A DNA stretch of 63,446 nucleotides, the filler included, from Octopus bimaculoides (lineage: Eukaryota): assembly GCF_001194135.2 (NCBI RefSeq). It is 4 parts of 4 records of this genome, joined end to end, with 100 filler letters (N's around TTAATTAATTAA, not from the genome) between each part and the next. Parts side by side here need not be neighbours in the genome. Positions count along the whole stretch, not along the records: positions 1 to 28,244 come from NC_068989.1; positions 28,345 to 53,272 come from NC_068988.1; 2 more parts are not named here. One strand, written 5' to 3'. A program made the position numbers and the translations under genes. Below are positions 15,125 through 29,012 of this stretch, in pieces (the stretch's first letter is position 1; every line of letters begins with the position of its first letter). Under the pieces are notes generated by a model. That model saw only the letters and a program-made list of their open reading frames with translations. It was not told where the DNA came from and searched no databases.

Positions 15125-15134
15125 NNNNNNNNNN

Positions 15135-15181
<47 letters not shown>

Positions 15182-15239
15182 GGGCTTGAAGGGTTTTGTA
15201 AAAAGAAAGTCGACCCAAGAATATACTTCTTTTAAAGCC

Positions 15240-15605
15240 TAATACTAATTCTATCGGGCTTTTGGCAAACCGCTAAGCTACATAGACATAAACATACCAA
15301 CACCTGTCGTCTAGCAGCGGTGGATAGCAAACACGGACACAGACATACACGCGCGCGCGCACAGACACACGCACACACACACACACACACACACAGACAT
15401 ACACGCGCGCGCACACACAAACACACACGCACACACACACACACACACGCACAAATGTATATGTGTGTGTGTGTATGTTTGTGTGACCGATAGAATAAGT
15501 ACTAGGCTTTCAAAGAATAAGTCCTGGGGTCGATTTGCTCGACTAAAGGCGGTGCTCCAGCATGTCCGGAGTCCAAATGACTGAAACGAATAGAAGAATA
15601 AAAGA
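15240..15605. mobile_element. Two oppositely oriented SINE family A fragments around CA/TG repeats
   Basis: 15240-15345 is minus-type body; 15485-15605 is a plus-type 3' end. Confidence 0.65.
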
Positions 15606-18600
15606 AAAGAAAGAACACCTATGAATAATAGCATGTAAAATTGGGTTGCAAAACGGTTTAAGATACAAAAATTCGAAGGCATTGTATAATTAGACACAAA
15701 TAGAGGTTATAGATTTTTCTAGTCCCAGCAAGACGTTATTTGTCCAAGATGATTTGATTGTTCCAATACTACAATATTTACCTGATGAAAATATACTGAT
15801 AGGCAAATATATTGATAGGCTTTGTATTATTATTTTTCTCCACACAAAACAAATGAAGGATCTTTAAAGCAGTCTTTCTCAACAATTTTTTTATTATGAA
15901 GCCTTTCGATTTCTGATTTCTTTTGGTGGACCCTCATATGCATTCCCTGTTTAAAAGTAACTTCATAGATAGTCCTTTAAAATTTTCTATTTTGCTTTTT
16001 GCACATTCATTTGTATTGGGTTGCACTCACAGATAGAATATATTTCAGTGTCCGGAAATGTGTTGGACTATAAGCTCGAAAGTAAGAAACGTTGTTGTTT
16101 CTTGGAATAAATACGTCCAAAGCAAACTGTTTCCATGGACCCCTAAACTACTACCCTCGATCGCCGATCTAATATTTTGCTTGCGTGAACACCCAAATAA
16201 CTTATATGTTCACCAGATGAGAACCAGTACTTTAGAACACCGCAAAATATGCCAAGTGGTAGGTCTTTCTTCTCTTACTTTGCGAGCTGAAACACCGCCT
16301 TATGTCACTACACATTTCATCTTTGCGCGGTCCATAAAGTAAAGTATTAGTACAAGATAGATAAATTTGATTAATAGCATGTCCTAAATTTCTGGCTTTA
16401 TGCTTACGTCTGAAAAAACTACTCCATTCCTTAAGCCTCTCTACAAATTGCTTTTATTTTTCTATCTAATTCTACATCTCTTCAGGAGTATATTTTAGGA
16501 TTAATGTCACACTTGTCAGCTATTAAAAATCTAATAAAAGCATCCATTGAAATATCATTATCAAAATTCTTATACATTCGTCCATGATATGAAGTTCCAT
16601 TTATGTAGTGTGTTTACGAGTTACATTCCCATGTGAATGTTATTCAAAATGATGTTTCACACTATAACGTTAAATTCCTTTCTAAATTGATCATACCCTG
16701 TTTTATTTATAAAACCAANNNNNNNNNNNNNNNNNNNNNNNNNNNNNNNNNNNNNNNNNNNNNNNNNNNNNNNNNNNNNNNNNNNNNNNNNNNNNNTATA
16801 TGTACATATCTTCCTTTAGGTACATTTGTGATTTACTCTGTATGTTTTTATTTTCTTTCAGCCGAATGTTGTTTAAGTGAAACGATAAATTTGCGACAAA
16901 AATCGAATTTATGGTCGAAGGAAAACAAAAATTGTAATTGAAAACATAAAGGAAAATAGGGAGAAACATTTCAGCTTGTAATAGTGTATAGACAAATGAA
17001 TCGTGAATTGTCTTCTTACGACTGGAATGAGAACGCCATGGTGCTGCACGACTGCAGAGAAATCTATACAAAAGGAACATGATATTTAGAAAACAAACCA
17101 TTGATAGCAACGCATTTACCTTCATAAACAGCAACTCTAGTATTGTGCGCAGAAAATGTTTAAATCAGCATGGAGTCGTTGATATTAACTAAATAATAGA
17201 GAAGTAAACAAAAGAATCAAAATATCCCTCTAGTGTAACAGAGTTTTACATGAACGTTTCAAAACAGCCAATAAAAGGAATTTCAAGCAAGAGACAATCA
17301 AAAGATAATCATCACGGACGATTTTTGATAACCAAAAGTTCCAAAGAGCTTATTTTCGACGTGAGCATCTAAGACGAATTAATTTCTAAATTTCTCCCTT
17401 GTTTCCGATGAGGGCTGGTGATAACGGATATGACTGACGGTATTAAAGTCAGTTCCCATCAGACAATCTAATTGGTTTTCTGACTGATAAACGATATGAA
17501 AGAACTTTGCAGGGAAAGAAGAGAAGGTAGGGGAGGAGGTGGGAGTTACCTACCTAGAATTTATGTTTCTCATTTAATGTTTCACTCGACAGTTTATATG
17601 TTCTCACTGAGAGTCCTTCCTTGATTTACTGTATTTTTCTTATTTTTCACTTTTATCGTTTATTCTGCAGTGCGCCATGGGTAGAGGAAGCTAACATCAC
17701 CAATGCATATTGAATGTTATTTGATAAAGGGCCAACAAGCATCATTCTATCTATCAGTACTGTGAGAAATCGCACAATTTAGATAAAGTAAACCTAAAAG
17801 ATAAGCAGAAAAACAAAGCGGAAGTTTAACACCCCCACCAAAAAAAAAAAAGAAAGTAAAAAACAACTAAACAAGCAAAAGCTACATTATCATAAAAAGC
17901 AACAATAAAAAGAAAGAGATGATTAGAAACATGCGGATACTGAGATGTAAAATAAAAATCAATGTAGTAGATCAGAAATGTAGTTTTAAAAATTATATCT
18001 CAAACGAACCTTTTCTTTCTTTTTTTTGCCTATCACTTGCAGACATCATGTTACGGTGCCAGTTGATATTTTTATTTCTTACATTTGAACTGCGATCCTT
18101 CACACAGTTATTATCTATAACCAACAACTACCACCACCACCACATACAAACATACATTATTCGTGACCCCCGACAGAGGATTTCTTATCTGATATCAATC
18201 CAAAGTAGCATACAATCAGTAAGTAATAACGAGACGGAAGAAGGCCAGCTGCAACTGATATGAATATGATATTCCGCCATTACATAGCATCACAAGTTAA
18301 GACACGAGCTGTTAGTACAAAAACTGTACCATTTGTCTGACCTCCCTGTTTAATTCAATTACAAGAAGGTTCGGTTAATTATGGGACGTTTTATTGTATA
18401 ATCACGTATCTCTAATACAAGTGTTAATCGAAATTTCTCAAGTTCATCTCTTCTTAATGTTATGAATTAATCGAAATTTATGGTTGTAACATCTCTTTAT
18501 ATAAGGTCATATTATCAAAATTGTTAGACATAAATTGCGATTGGTTTCTTAGACACAAATAACCTTTTGTAAGTTAAGTAAAGCAAGCCAAGGATTTCAT

Positions 18601-21544
18601 TCCACATTGTTATTGGATTTTGGTTCATTGACAACAAAGATACGAGAAGAAAAATCTTTATGAAACACCAAAGTAAACACACCTTAGGCGACAACACTTA
18701 TATATGTTCTTTTTCATTTGCTTTATTTCTTTTCTGTCTCGCATCCCACTCTATCGGAAAGTCAATAGCGAGAACCATTAGATTGTTCAAGCTTGCAGCA
18801 TAGACGTATTAAACTCCACAAACTTACTAGTAAATGCACTAAAGATTTTCAAGTCGGTGCTCCTATAACGAGCAGCCTATCGCTGTGTCTCTAGTTACTG
18901 GAAATATGACGGGAGGTCTGCCATGACGCCTTCAAAGCGTGATTACGAAAACGGATCAATGAAGAAATATCTAATCTGAACTGATCTTATAATATAAAAG
19001 GCTGATCACAGAATACCAAAACTGGTAAGACATATCAAATACTCCTTGATCATATTTACTGGAATGTGCCAAGGAAAACGAATTTGTAAATGTTATAATG
19101 TTTATGCTTAAAGTACTAAAACATAAATTATAAACGGTGTGATACAAAATGTATGTCATTATTCCATATTATATCCATTTAAGTCATTCCTATCAATTCA
19201 CCTAATTACAATTTTGTTTCTATATCATAAACAATGCTTATGATCATTCATAAATTCAATAATAATCAGTAATAAGTTAGACCGCACATAACTGCAAAAA
19301 TATCCAGGTAGATAGCAAGCTCTAGTGTAAAATATTCGGTACATCGCCCACTGTAGCAATACTCACTACACTCTGTGTAAATACTTAAGTAGCATTTTAT
19401 AATATATCTACAAAGGCAGACGACTTCGAGTAATGGAAGCTATTAAAACATGACGACTTAACCTTCCTCAATACTTGCATTAAAGGTGCGCTTAAAAGGG
19501 TTTCAGTTGAAATACAAACAAAAGAATTTCCGGATGGTAAAGATGAATAGCACGTCATGGCGCTCGTCCACAAAACTAGAAATAATTGCTTTTGTCTAGA
19601 TAAAATAGACGTTTTATTTTGGAAGGGAGAATATACAGGTAATACTATTTACATGCAATAAATACTTTCTTCTCTTTAAATAGCGATTTCTTTTGCCTAG
19701 GCATTATGACTTTTTCATGGATAAAAATTGCTAAAAATGTCTCTAGCATAAGACAATTTATTGATCGATGATCACTATATATTATTTTATTATCTAGAAT
19801 CTAAATTTTCTAAAATAATTTGCTTGTCTAGCAGCAACTGACAGTTTTGTCAGATGATAACATACAAACAAGTCCCGTTTGTCAGCATTCATTGATTGTA
19901 TCTCAGGTATCTACTCTTTTGGATGAACGAGTTTATCAGAAATCTGTTATTCAGAAACAGTTAGCTGCATACAACTACGTAACCTCGTTGGAACGGTTTC
20001 TCCTTACGTCATCTGATAATAACATAATTCATATCAGAGTTTAAACTACCGTCAGCATATTTTGAACGCTATATTGTGATACGTATAATACAGTACTGGT
20101 AAGGTTAACAAAAATTACATCCATTCGTCGTTCATGCTTAGCAGCTACTTTATTTAGGTTACCGTGTATTGACGAGCAGACATAGCCTCTCTCTCTCTCT
20201 CGGTCACGTTACCATTCACTCAGTGGCAGAGAGAGAGAAAGGCTGTTGCAGCAGTATTCGGCCGATAAATAGTACATTGAAACAGCATAAACAAGCACTG
20301 ACTTCGACACCCGGGCCAGGCATTGAATCCACAAACTTATGATTAGACAATGAATACCCTTACCACTTGGCCACGTGATTTCGCACTGGGGATTTACATG
20401 GCATAAATATCTAGTGTTCGGTAATCCAGTAATCCAATAATTTGCAATAACAATAAAGCAACATTTTAATTACAGTTGATATTTCAATTACAGATAATGA
20501 TATAACATTGGGAGAAGCTTCAATAGAAACTTTTGACGTACACTGGAAGCCAATATATGCATAACAACTAATTATTTTTCCGTTGGAATTAACTATATTC
20601 GGTGCTACCGGCTATCAACTCATACATCAATGTTAACGTGCTACCGCTACTTATAACGATAAGTTGATTCAACTCTGTCGTACATGCTTAAATTTATTCA
20701 TACTTGGCTGCTCAGAGATGAGAGTCATTGACAACCCCGACGACATCTTAAATGGCCGTAAAGGTAACAACTTTAAAAATGATCTATCACAGCCTTTCAT
20801 TTCTAAATTTTCTTGGCCTTGTTAATCTTATTATTTCCTTTAGTCACAATAAACTAATTATGAAAATATTGAGAGACTTTCTATTCTCCTCTAAGTTATA
20901 TAGTTACGAAACCACCAAAAGGTACTCAGTAACATTAAAATTAAAAGGCTTTCAATGATTTGTACAACTGGTGTCTAATACCCCCTTGTAAAGCATAACG
21001 AAGAAAGAAGTTGTTGTGTGAAACATTACATAAAAAAACGATTCCACATTAAATCGCTCATTAAAATTACACAGTGCAGTGACTACTACTACGGCGGGCG
21101 ATGGACGGAACATATTAAACTAGAGTTTGCATGCGGTCTAACTTATTCCTGATTATTATTGAATTTATTTATGATAATTACCATTTTTTAAGATATAGAA
21201 ACAAAACATCTAATTACGGCTTTGGTATTCATTGTTACTGTGAAAATGCTGCTAACTTTGACCAACAAGCAATTAGTTTCGAATTTGTTTTACCTATATA
21301 TGGATCCAGTTTCTCTGGCGGTTATATTCTTCCCTGGACGGGATGGCGGTCCGTCACATGATTACGCACTTTTACAAGTTGCATGGACTGGGGAGAAGTG
21401 AAATGAAGTGTTTAGCTAAAGAACACAACGCGTCGGTCGGTCAACAAATTGAAACTACAATCTTACGATTATAGATTCAACGCAATGACCACTAAGACAT
21501 GCGCCACTGAATATTAATACAATAATATAACATTGGTTTCTAAT

Positions 21545-21750
21545 TTTTGCACAAGACCAGTAATTTTGATGGAGATGCTGAGTCAATTAGATCGAGCCCC
21601 GTGCTCAACTGTTACTCAGTTTCCCAACCCCGAGAATATGAAAGGCAAAGTTGACACGGGTGGCATTTGACCCGAGAATGTAAAGATGGATGAAACGCCG
21701 TCAAGCAGTGTACCTGGCATGCTAGCGATTCAGCCGGCTTGCCGCCTTAA
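21545..21750 (-). mobile_element. SINE family B fragment
   Basis: Reverse complement of the family B core. Confidence 0.6.
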
Positions 21751-22904
21751 TTTATTAATATAATATTATGAATTCAATTATTTTAATAATTATATTCATG
21801 AAATATATATTACTTGTGTACTTGTAGAGTTGAAAAGAAAGTAATTAAGGAAATCAATGTAATACTATATATTCCGATTTTTAAAATGTTATACTCACAC
21901 CAACACATGCAAAGACAGACACACATACGCACATAACTATATGCATACATGTAAATGCTCACAAACAACATTGCCACAAACACCAAACTTACCTTGCAGA
22001 AAACTACAAAAAGGATGATTCACAAAACACTACCAAACTGCATATAAACACTGAAAAACACATACTAACGTCACCATACACATATATGTGGATATACAAT
22101 GTAACATATTTTCAGAAGCCCTCTCAATGCTCAATGTCGTTCATTGGTTTTATTATTTCTTTTCGTTCCGTGTTCATTCGCTTTATGTAATAACAACATT
22201 AATAACAGTGGTAAAAATAACAATATTAGACTGCATGACGAAGAGAATTGAAGGAAACAACGCGGTTGTAGTGAGGTTAAAAGCTAATATCTTAGCAGTA
22301 AATTTAATAATCTATATATAGATTCAGTACAGGTTAGTAGAATTTCAAACTTGCTCATACCGTGTGCTTCTGAATTATATCAACAGATTTTAGCTTCTCT
22401 GCTCAGCTTTTCAACTTTTTTGTGTTCCATGTATGTGTTTTTACAATAGATAGACTGCACCAGGGAATTATGGAAATACAGATCAAACTGAATGCCGATG
22501 TCAGTTTACATAACAATGACACTTTTTTTGCTAACAAATTCGCAAAATTATTGAATAAGTCAGCTGTTGCTTTGATGTATTTCACATGCAATATTTTCTG
22601 CTAAAAAGACAGAAAGATATAAATCTCACGTCAAGTATATATTGGAAGAAGTCTCAATCTAAGAAGAAAAAAAACGCCTCCGGTAGCAGTAAATTTCTCT
22701 CGAATGATTTAGAATATTTAATGCTTTAAAAATCATAAACAAATATGCCTTGTGAAAAACATGTGATGTATATGCAAATAAAGAAATATGAATATGCGGC
22801 ATTCATTCTTTGTCTGACTGATTTAGTGTGAAAGTATCTTTCTGTCGTTCTCTTTACTTTTCATTGTTACTGGATCTGAAGGAAATGGCAATACACATTA
22901 CCTT

Positions 22905-23230
22905 AACAAAATCTCCAAATTTGAGACTGACGTAATTAGTGTTTCGTTTAAACTGTTGCAAGTGGATATATGGAAGAGAATATGAATACGATAAAGTTCC
23001 AAGGGATTGCGATCTGGGAAGTAAGGACTGCACGTGGATGACGCTTTGGTGTGAAATGTCAGAAAGTATCATTTACGTAAGAGGGATTGTTCCATTGGGG
23101 ATGAATGTAAGCATATCGTTGATTCATAGGAGGAAGAGTATAGGTAGCAGTATCCTAAAACCGAAGCGTGGCAATATGTACCGGAGAGAGATTCAATGGT
23201 ATGCATTGTGATAATGTTACAGGAAGCAAT
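22905..23230 (-). mobile_element. Decayed CR1/L2-like LINE 3' end
   Basis: SLLPRSQSLGTL..HLQQFKRNTN resembles the CR1-group terminal motif SF.PR...LWN.LP...NLQ.FKR.VN. Confidence 0.45.
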
Positions 23231-23241
23231 CAAGTCAAGTG

Positions 23242-23303
<62 letters not shown>

Positions 23304-24515
23304 NNNNNNNNNNNNNNNNNNNNNNNNNNNNNNNNNNNNNNNNNNNNNNNNNNNNNNNNNNNNNNNNNNNNNNNNNNNNNNNNNNNNNNNNNNNNNNNNN
23401 NNNNNNNNNNNNNNNNNNNNNNNNNNNNNNNNNNNNNNNNNNNNNNNNNNNNNNNNNNNNNNNNNNNNNNNNNNNNNNNNNNNNNNNNNNNNNNNNNNNN
23501 NNNNNNNNNNNNNNNNNNNNNNNNNNNNNNNNNNNNNNNNNNNNNNNNNNNNNNNNNNNNNNNNNNNNNNNNNNNNNNNNNNNNNNNNNNNNNNNNNNNN
23601 NNNNNNNNNNNNNNNNNNNNNNNNNNNNNNNNNNNNNNNNNNNNNNNNNNNNNNNNNNNNNNNNNNNNNNNNNNNNNNNNNNNNNNNNNNNNNNNNNNNN
23701 NNNNNNNNNNNNNNNNNNNNNNNNNNNNNNNNNNNNNNNNNNNNNNNNNNNNNNNNNNNNNNNNNNNNNNNNNNNNNNNNNNNNNNNNNNNNNNNNNNNN
23801 NNNNNNNNNNNNNNNNNNNNNNNNNNNNNNNNNNNNNNNNNNNNNNNNNNNNNNNNNNNNNNNNNNNNNNNNNNNNNNNNNNNNNNNNNNNNNNNNNNNN
23901 NNNNNNNNNNNNNNNNNNNNNNNNNNNNNNNNNNNNNNNNNNNNNNNNNNNNNNNNNNNNNNNNNNNNNNNNNNNNNNNNNNNNNNNNNNNNNNNNNNNN
24001 NNNNNNNNNNNNNNNNNNNNNNNNNNNNNNNNNNNNNNNNNNNNNNNNNNNNNNNNNNNNNNNNNNNNNNNNNNNNNNNNNNNNNNNNNNNNNNNNNNNN
24101 NNNNNNNNNNNNNNNNNNNNNNNNNNNNNNNNNNNNNNNNNNNNNNNNNNNNNNNNNNNNNNNNNNNNNNNNNNNNNNNNNNNNNNNNNNNNNNNNNNNA
24201 TATATATATATGAACCAAAAAAAAAAAAACAAACGAAGACTGTATGTATGTATAAATCTATTAATCTATTTTCGTTTGAGCATTTATTTGAATGTAAGAA
24301 ACATACAAACGTATATATATGCAAGCCAATATATGTGCAAAATCACAAAAGTATGTCTACTAACGTTGAAAGAGATTAATCTTACCCTATTCCAGTAACG
24401 ATGAATTCTAAAAAAAAACTATAATAAAAAACAGACGACTAAGAACATAATACTGAAACAGTCTGACGCATCTCGTATTTGTATACTCATGCAGCTGGGT
24501 GCGCATGCACACAGA

Positions 24516-25722
24516 CGAGGTGGTATTAAAATGTTTCCGGAGTGGTTATGTGTAATAAAAAAATAGCTTATAGACCGCCGTCTCCTTCGAAATAGTTCCT
24601 TTGCGCCACAATACACCGGTCCCAGTGTTCCGGCCACTTTTGTAATCCGGCCCGAGAAGACATTATCCATAAGCAAGTCGAGGATCTTCCGCGATTCGCT
24701 CTGGTTCTCAATAATGGTGTCAAAACGGTAACCTTCCAGCAGCATATTTATCTTGGGGAAGAGACGGAAGACCCCAGGTGCTAAATCTGGCGAGTAGGGC
24801 AGGTGCAGAAGCGATACCATGTTGTTTGGGCGAGATACTTGAGAGTGAGGAGAGCTCGGTAACAGGGTACATTGTGGTCGTCGGGAATCCAGTTCTTCGC
24901 GCTCCACGGAACCGGTCGCTTTTACCGAATGTCTTCTGTCAAACTCTTCAAAATGTCGCAGTAGAACTATCGATTGACGGTCCGGGCCTGGGGGACGAAT
25001 ACTTGATGCACAATACCACATGCTCTTGATTGAGTTGCATTTCTGTCGTGTTTTCTTTGACCGAGGAGATGAAGGCCTCTTACATTGTGGTGACTGCTGC
25101 TTCATCTCAGGATCGTACCCATAGATCGAAACCCCGTCACCGGTGATAATCTTTGACATGTAGGATGGGACATCAGCGGACTCTGATGGAAATCTTGACA
25201 GACTTCGACGCGATATTCTTTCTGCTCAGTGGTCAGCATGCGTGGACAAACATGGCAGAGAAACGCGGCATGTTCAATTCAGACATTAGGATTGTCTACA
25301 CGGATCCATGCGACAGTCCAGCAGCATCATTAATGTTGTTGATTGTCCTCCAACAATCTAATGTTCAAGCTAATAAACTTTCTCTATATTTCCGAGAATA
25401 ACGTTCGATACAGATCTTACCAGAACACTCATCGCCTCGTCACCGTGAGCTTCTCGATGCGTGATCGATGTTTCTGTAGCAGACATCCCAAGTTTAACAC
25501 AAAATTACTTCACGTTACTTCTTTGTTTCAACTTCCTGCTCATGACAAAATCGCAGGCTACAGCTTCCACGTGATCACAAAAACACAAATTTCACAATTT
25601 GCGAAGTAAACACAGCGATGTCACTCATCAAGGCCACTGCTAACTCTCACTGAGCACGCAGTGTTGTGCTGCCATCTGTTGGCGCGCTACACAACTAGCC
25701 CCAGTTTTATTTTGAACGTCCT
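24516..25722 (-). mobile_element. Mariner (DD34D) fossil, near full length
   Basis: KIITGDGVSIYGYDPEMKQQS, HLPYSPDLAP, and an N-terminal (E)QRSNVK..VKLGMSATET; frameshifted, with degraded TIRs. Confidence 0.85.
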
Positions 25723-25765
25723 TTTCTCAGCACACTAATTGACATATATCCATTAGTCCCCAAAA

Positions 25766-25808
<43 letters not shown>

Positions 25809-27340
25809 CATGTGAACACAACTTTATGCATAAATAAACGATACTAGACTATTCCACTCTGCTTATGCTTGGAACTCTCGTAGAGTACATGGAAATATAT
25901 ACACAGGTCTCTTTCTCTTTCTGTCTCTCTCTGTCTCTCTCTCCTTCTCACTCACTCACTCTCTCTTTCTTCTCTCACTCTGTGTGTGTGTCTCCTGAGT
26001 GATTAGTTTAGGAGCTAAATGCCATGCTTGAACATCTAGTATCTTGTATACAGCCGTTGTACCTATTATGTTTTGCCTGGTATTTCATAGACAATCAACA
26101 AAATAAAAGAGTCGTGATTATTCCACGTGGTTCTCCCATTATTATATGATATCAGTTATAACTCCTTCAGTGGTGTAGGGATATCAAATTAGATACATAG
26201 TCTTTGTTTAACTTTACGAGCATAGACTAATGTGAAATCGTTGCTATTGTTTTAGGTCCAGCGTTGAAGTGGTAGGATGTCTAATACTGGATTATCCTAA
26301 TTAATGTTGGATTTATACATTCCCATTACATTTTTATGTTATGGAACCATAATACAATTGTATTCTGTAAATATGTTTGTCTTCTCTTGTGTGTGTGTCG
26401 GTGGGTGTTTTTGCATCAACGTTCTGAGTAAGATTTAGAAACAAAGATAGATGGACAGATAGAAGATAGCCTTTTGCATTTCACAAAAGGACAGCCGTAA
26501 ATAATGAAGATAGTGAATTCTGCTTTAAAACGCAAAACGCTACCTGAGAGCCAAGATGTAGAATCATTCGACTGGACTTAATGAACGTTCCAAAAATTTG
26601 CCAAATTTCGAAATATGCACAAAATCTAAACCACTTTAGAGGAGAAAATACATGTTTCGCTTGATGAAATACATTCTTTACAACGTAGATACTAAATACA
26701 TAGCCGTTATCCAATAATATTTCTAACATTTTATAAATAATTTAGCATCAAGCCCTTCGCCACCAAATCAAGATACCAAGGAAATTGCTAATACCTTAGA
26801 GTGCATCGCCTCAGAGAACCTCGCAATTACGTTTAATGACTATAAATTCTCTATCTTTAGCAACCGTAAATATACGTTGAATAAAGTAGCAAAACGTAAA
26901 TTAGGAACAGTTAACAAGCAAATTCTCGAGATGGTAATTCTTAGAATAAACAATACAGTACCACTTGCATGATGAAATATCAGTATAGAACTTTTAGTAT
27001 GATTATGTGTGATGTCTACAACCAACATCTTTGGATATTCAATCAATATACATTCCTGATTTTCAACATTCTATCATTATGACCCTCACTTTTCGAAAGC
27101 TCGTCGTCCGAAAATACAACCACGTGAATGAACGAAAGGAACATTAAGCATGCAAGAAAATCTCTTTTGTTTTTGATAGTTCAACGGAGGCAAAATGAGA
27201 AAGATGCGAATTATCCGATACCTCTAAAGATATCCAAAATGTGCAAAATAATAAGAATTTATAATCCAAACCTTTTCCAAAAAATTATAAAAATTTTTTT
27301 TTTTTTTAATAATTTCACATATAATTTTATTTTATATTAT

Positions 27341-28000
27341 CTAAATCTATGAACAATATTTGGAATACAGGACAATATAATGGATTTTATACATAATTAT
27401 TATGGAATTACTACAGAAGACTTACCAAGGAGGCATATATGAATTTAAAGATTCTCATACTAAAGTGTACTTACCAAAATCAAAAGCAGTAATTTTTAAT
27501 TTATATTTCAAACAAACACCATTTTCCCATGTTACTTCATAATTGGCCGCAGCTCTAAGCTGAAACTTAAAAAAAAAAAAAAAAAAAAAAAAATTCGTAA
27601 AATTGTACAAATTTCACATTTGAAATTTTTGTGGAACAGAAGAGTTATCTATAAATGCTTATCAATATAGGATTCCATTATTCTATATTATCTAAGTCTA
27701 TAAATTATATTTGGAATACAAGAAACTATAATGGATTTTACACATAACTGGATTATTACAGGAGACTTACCAAGGAAGCATATATAGATTTAAAGACTCT
27801 CATACTAAAGTGTACTTACCAAAATCAGAAGCAGTAATTTTTGAATTTTAATTTATATTTCAAACAAACACTATTTTCCCATATTACTTCATATTTAAAA
27901 AAAAATTACCATTCGATAAATTATACAAATTTCACATTTTATATCTTTGAAGAGCAAGAAGATTTGTCTATAAATGCTTATCAATATAGAATTTCCATTA
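27341..28000. repeat. Local tandem duplication (~350-bp unit) including the candidate exon
   Basis: 27341-27690 and 27691-28000 align (e.g. gacttaccaagga.gcatatat..ctaaagtgtacttaccaaaatc). Confidence 0.85.
27475..27559 (-). CDS. Candidate 85-nt coding exon, cadherin-repeat-like (LRAAANYEVTWENGVCLKYKLKITAFDFG)
   Basis: Long poly-T tract and TTTCAG acceptor, GTAAGT donor, open phase-0 frame. The peptide fits the cadherin pattern L...(D/N)YE....Y.L.I.A.D.G. Confidence 0.5.
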
Positions 28001-28288
28001 TAGGGACAGCACTTCTGCGAAACGATCGTAAGGCGCTTTGTAAATTCAATTCGAAACTTTTAAACTGTCATATTTATTATCATATATTTATACTTATACA
28101 TATTAACATTTATTTCTGCATATTAATATTTCTAATACAACAATTATTTTACACACGTATATATTTCTCTGAAGAATTTTCTAATATTGATTTCCTGATA
28201 TTTATAATAATATATTATATAATATATTATATATATATATATATNNNNNNNNNNNNNNNNNNNNNNNNNNNNNNNNNNNNNNNNNNNN

Positions 28289-28300
28289 TTAATTAATTAA
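28289..28300. other. Probable artificial scaffold-join pad (TTAATTAATTAA between N runs); also 53317-53328 and 59691-59702
   Basis: An identical six-frame-stop 12-mer sits inside N runs three times. Confidence 0.85.
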
Positions 28301-28344
28301 NNNNNNNNNNNNNNNNNNNNNNNNNNNNNNNNNNNNNNNNNNNN

Positions 28345-28678
28345 GGCTATAGCCAACACTGCCAGATATTTTGAGCATCTCTGCAGTGATTCCTGATGGG
28401 CCGGGGCTTTCCCGGTCTTCATACTCTTAATTGCTTTATGTACCCTGTTACTATCAACTTGGATAGCTGGTCCCTCTATTGGGTCGACATACGGCAGGCT
28501 CTCTTCCTCCCATTCATTCTCTTTATTAAGCAATCTATCGTAGTGGCATCTCCAGACCTCTTTCTTTGCATCCTCATTTAGTGCAAGCGTACCATCATCC
28601 ATGCGAACACATTTCTCTCCTACAACATCACTATTCTCTCTCCTACACTGTCTTGCAACACGAAATACCTCGATAATC
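28345..28678 (-). mobile_element. RTE-type LINE internal fragment (upstream of RT core)
   Basis: DVVGEKCVRMDDG..KKEVWRCHYDRLLNKENEW..VHKAIKSMKTGKAP. Confidence 0.8.
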
Positions 28679-29012
28679 ATCGTCATCATCATTTAACATC
28701 TGTTGTCCATGCTGGCATGGGTTGGATGGTTTGACTGGGTTGGCATGCTGGAAAGCTGTACCAGCCTCCAGTCTGACTTGGCATGGTTTTCTATGGCTAG
28801 ATTCCCTTCTTAATGCCAACCACTCCAAGAGTGTAATGGATGCTTCTACATGCCACCAGCACGGGTGCCATTTGCGTGAACTGGTATCTGCCACAAATGT
28901 GATTTTGCTCAACTTGATAGGTTTTCTTCTCAAGCACAACATAATGCCAAAGGTTTCAGTCATTGCCTCTGCAAGGCCCAACACTTGAAAGGAACTCAGT
29001 CACTTTGCCTCC
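28679..29012 (-). mobile_element. LINE 3' end with (GAT)n tail
   Basis: Same terminal module as 29750-29925 (ttacactcttggagtggttgg...aaaccatccaacccatgccagcatgg...ttaaatgatgatg). Confidence 0.7.

Noticed and set aside
17668-17760. Strong plus-strand polypyrimidine acceptor (ttattctgcag)
   Set aside because: All three frames stop within 45 nt and no partner exon was found.
23069-24398. Long ORFs of 300-400 aa (also 46726-47659, 55187-56257, 60056-61322, 61967-63018)
   Set aside because: They consist almost entirely of N-gap X residues and microsatellite translations.
27700-28240. Plus-strand frame with conserved in-frame TAA in both duplicate copies (possible alternative genetic code or contaminant)
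   Set aside because: Contiguous with host-type repeats and better explained by the minus-strand exon duplication; the 151-aa ORF is AT-rich noise.
28289-28300. TTAATTAATTAA motif repeated three times
   Set aside because: Always embedded in N runs; a six-frame stop pad from assembly, not biology.
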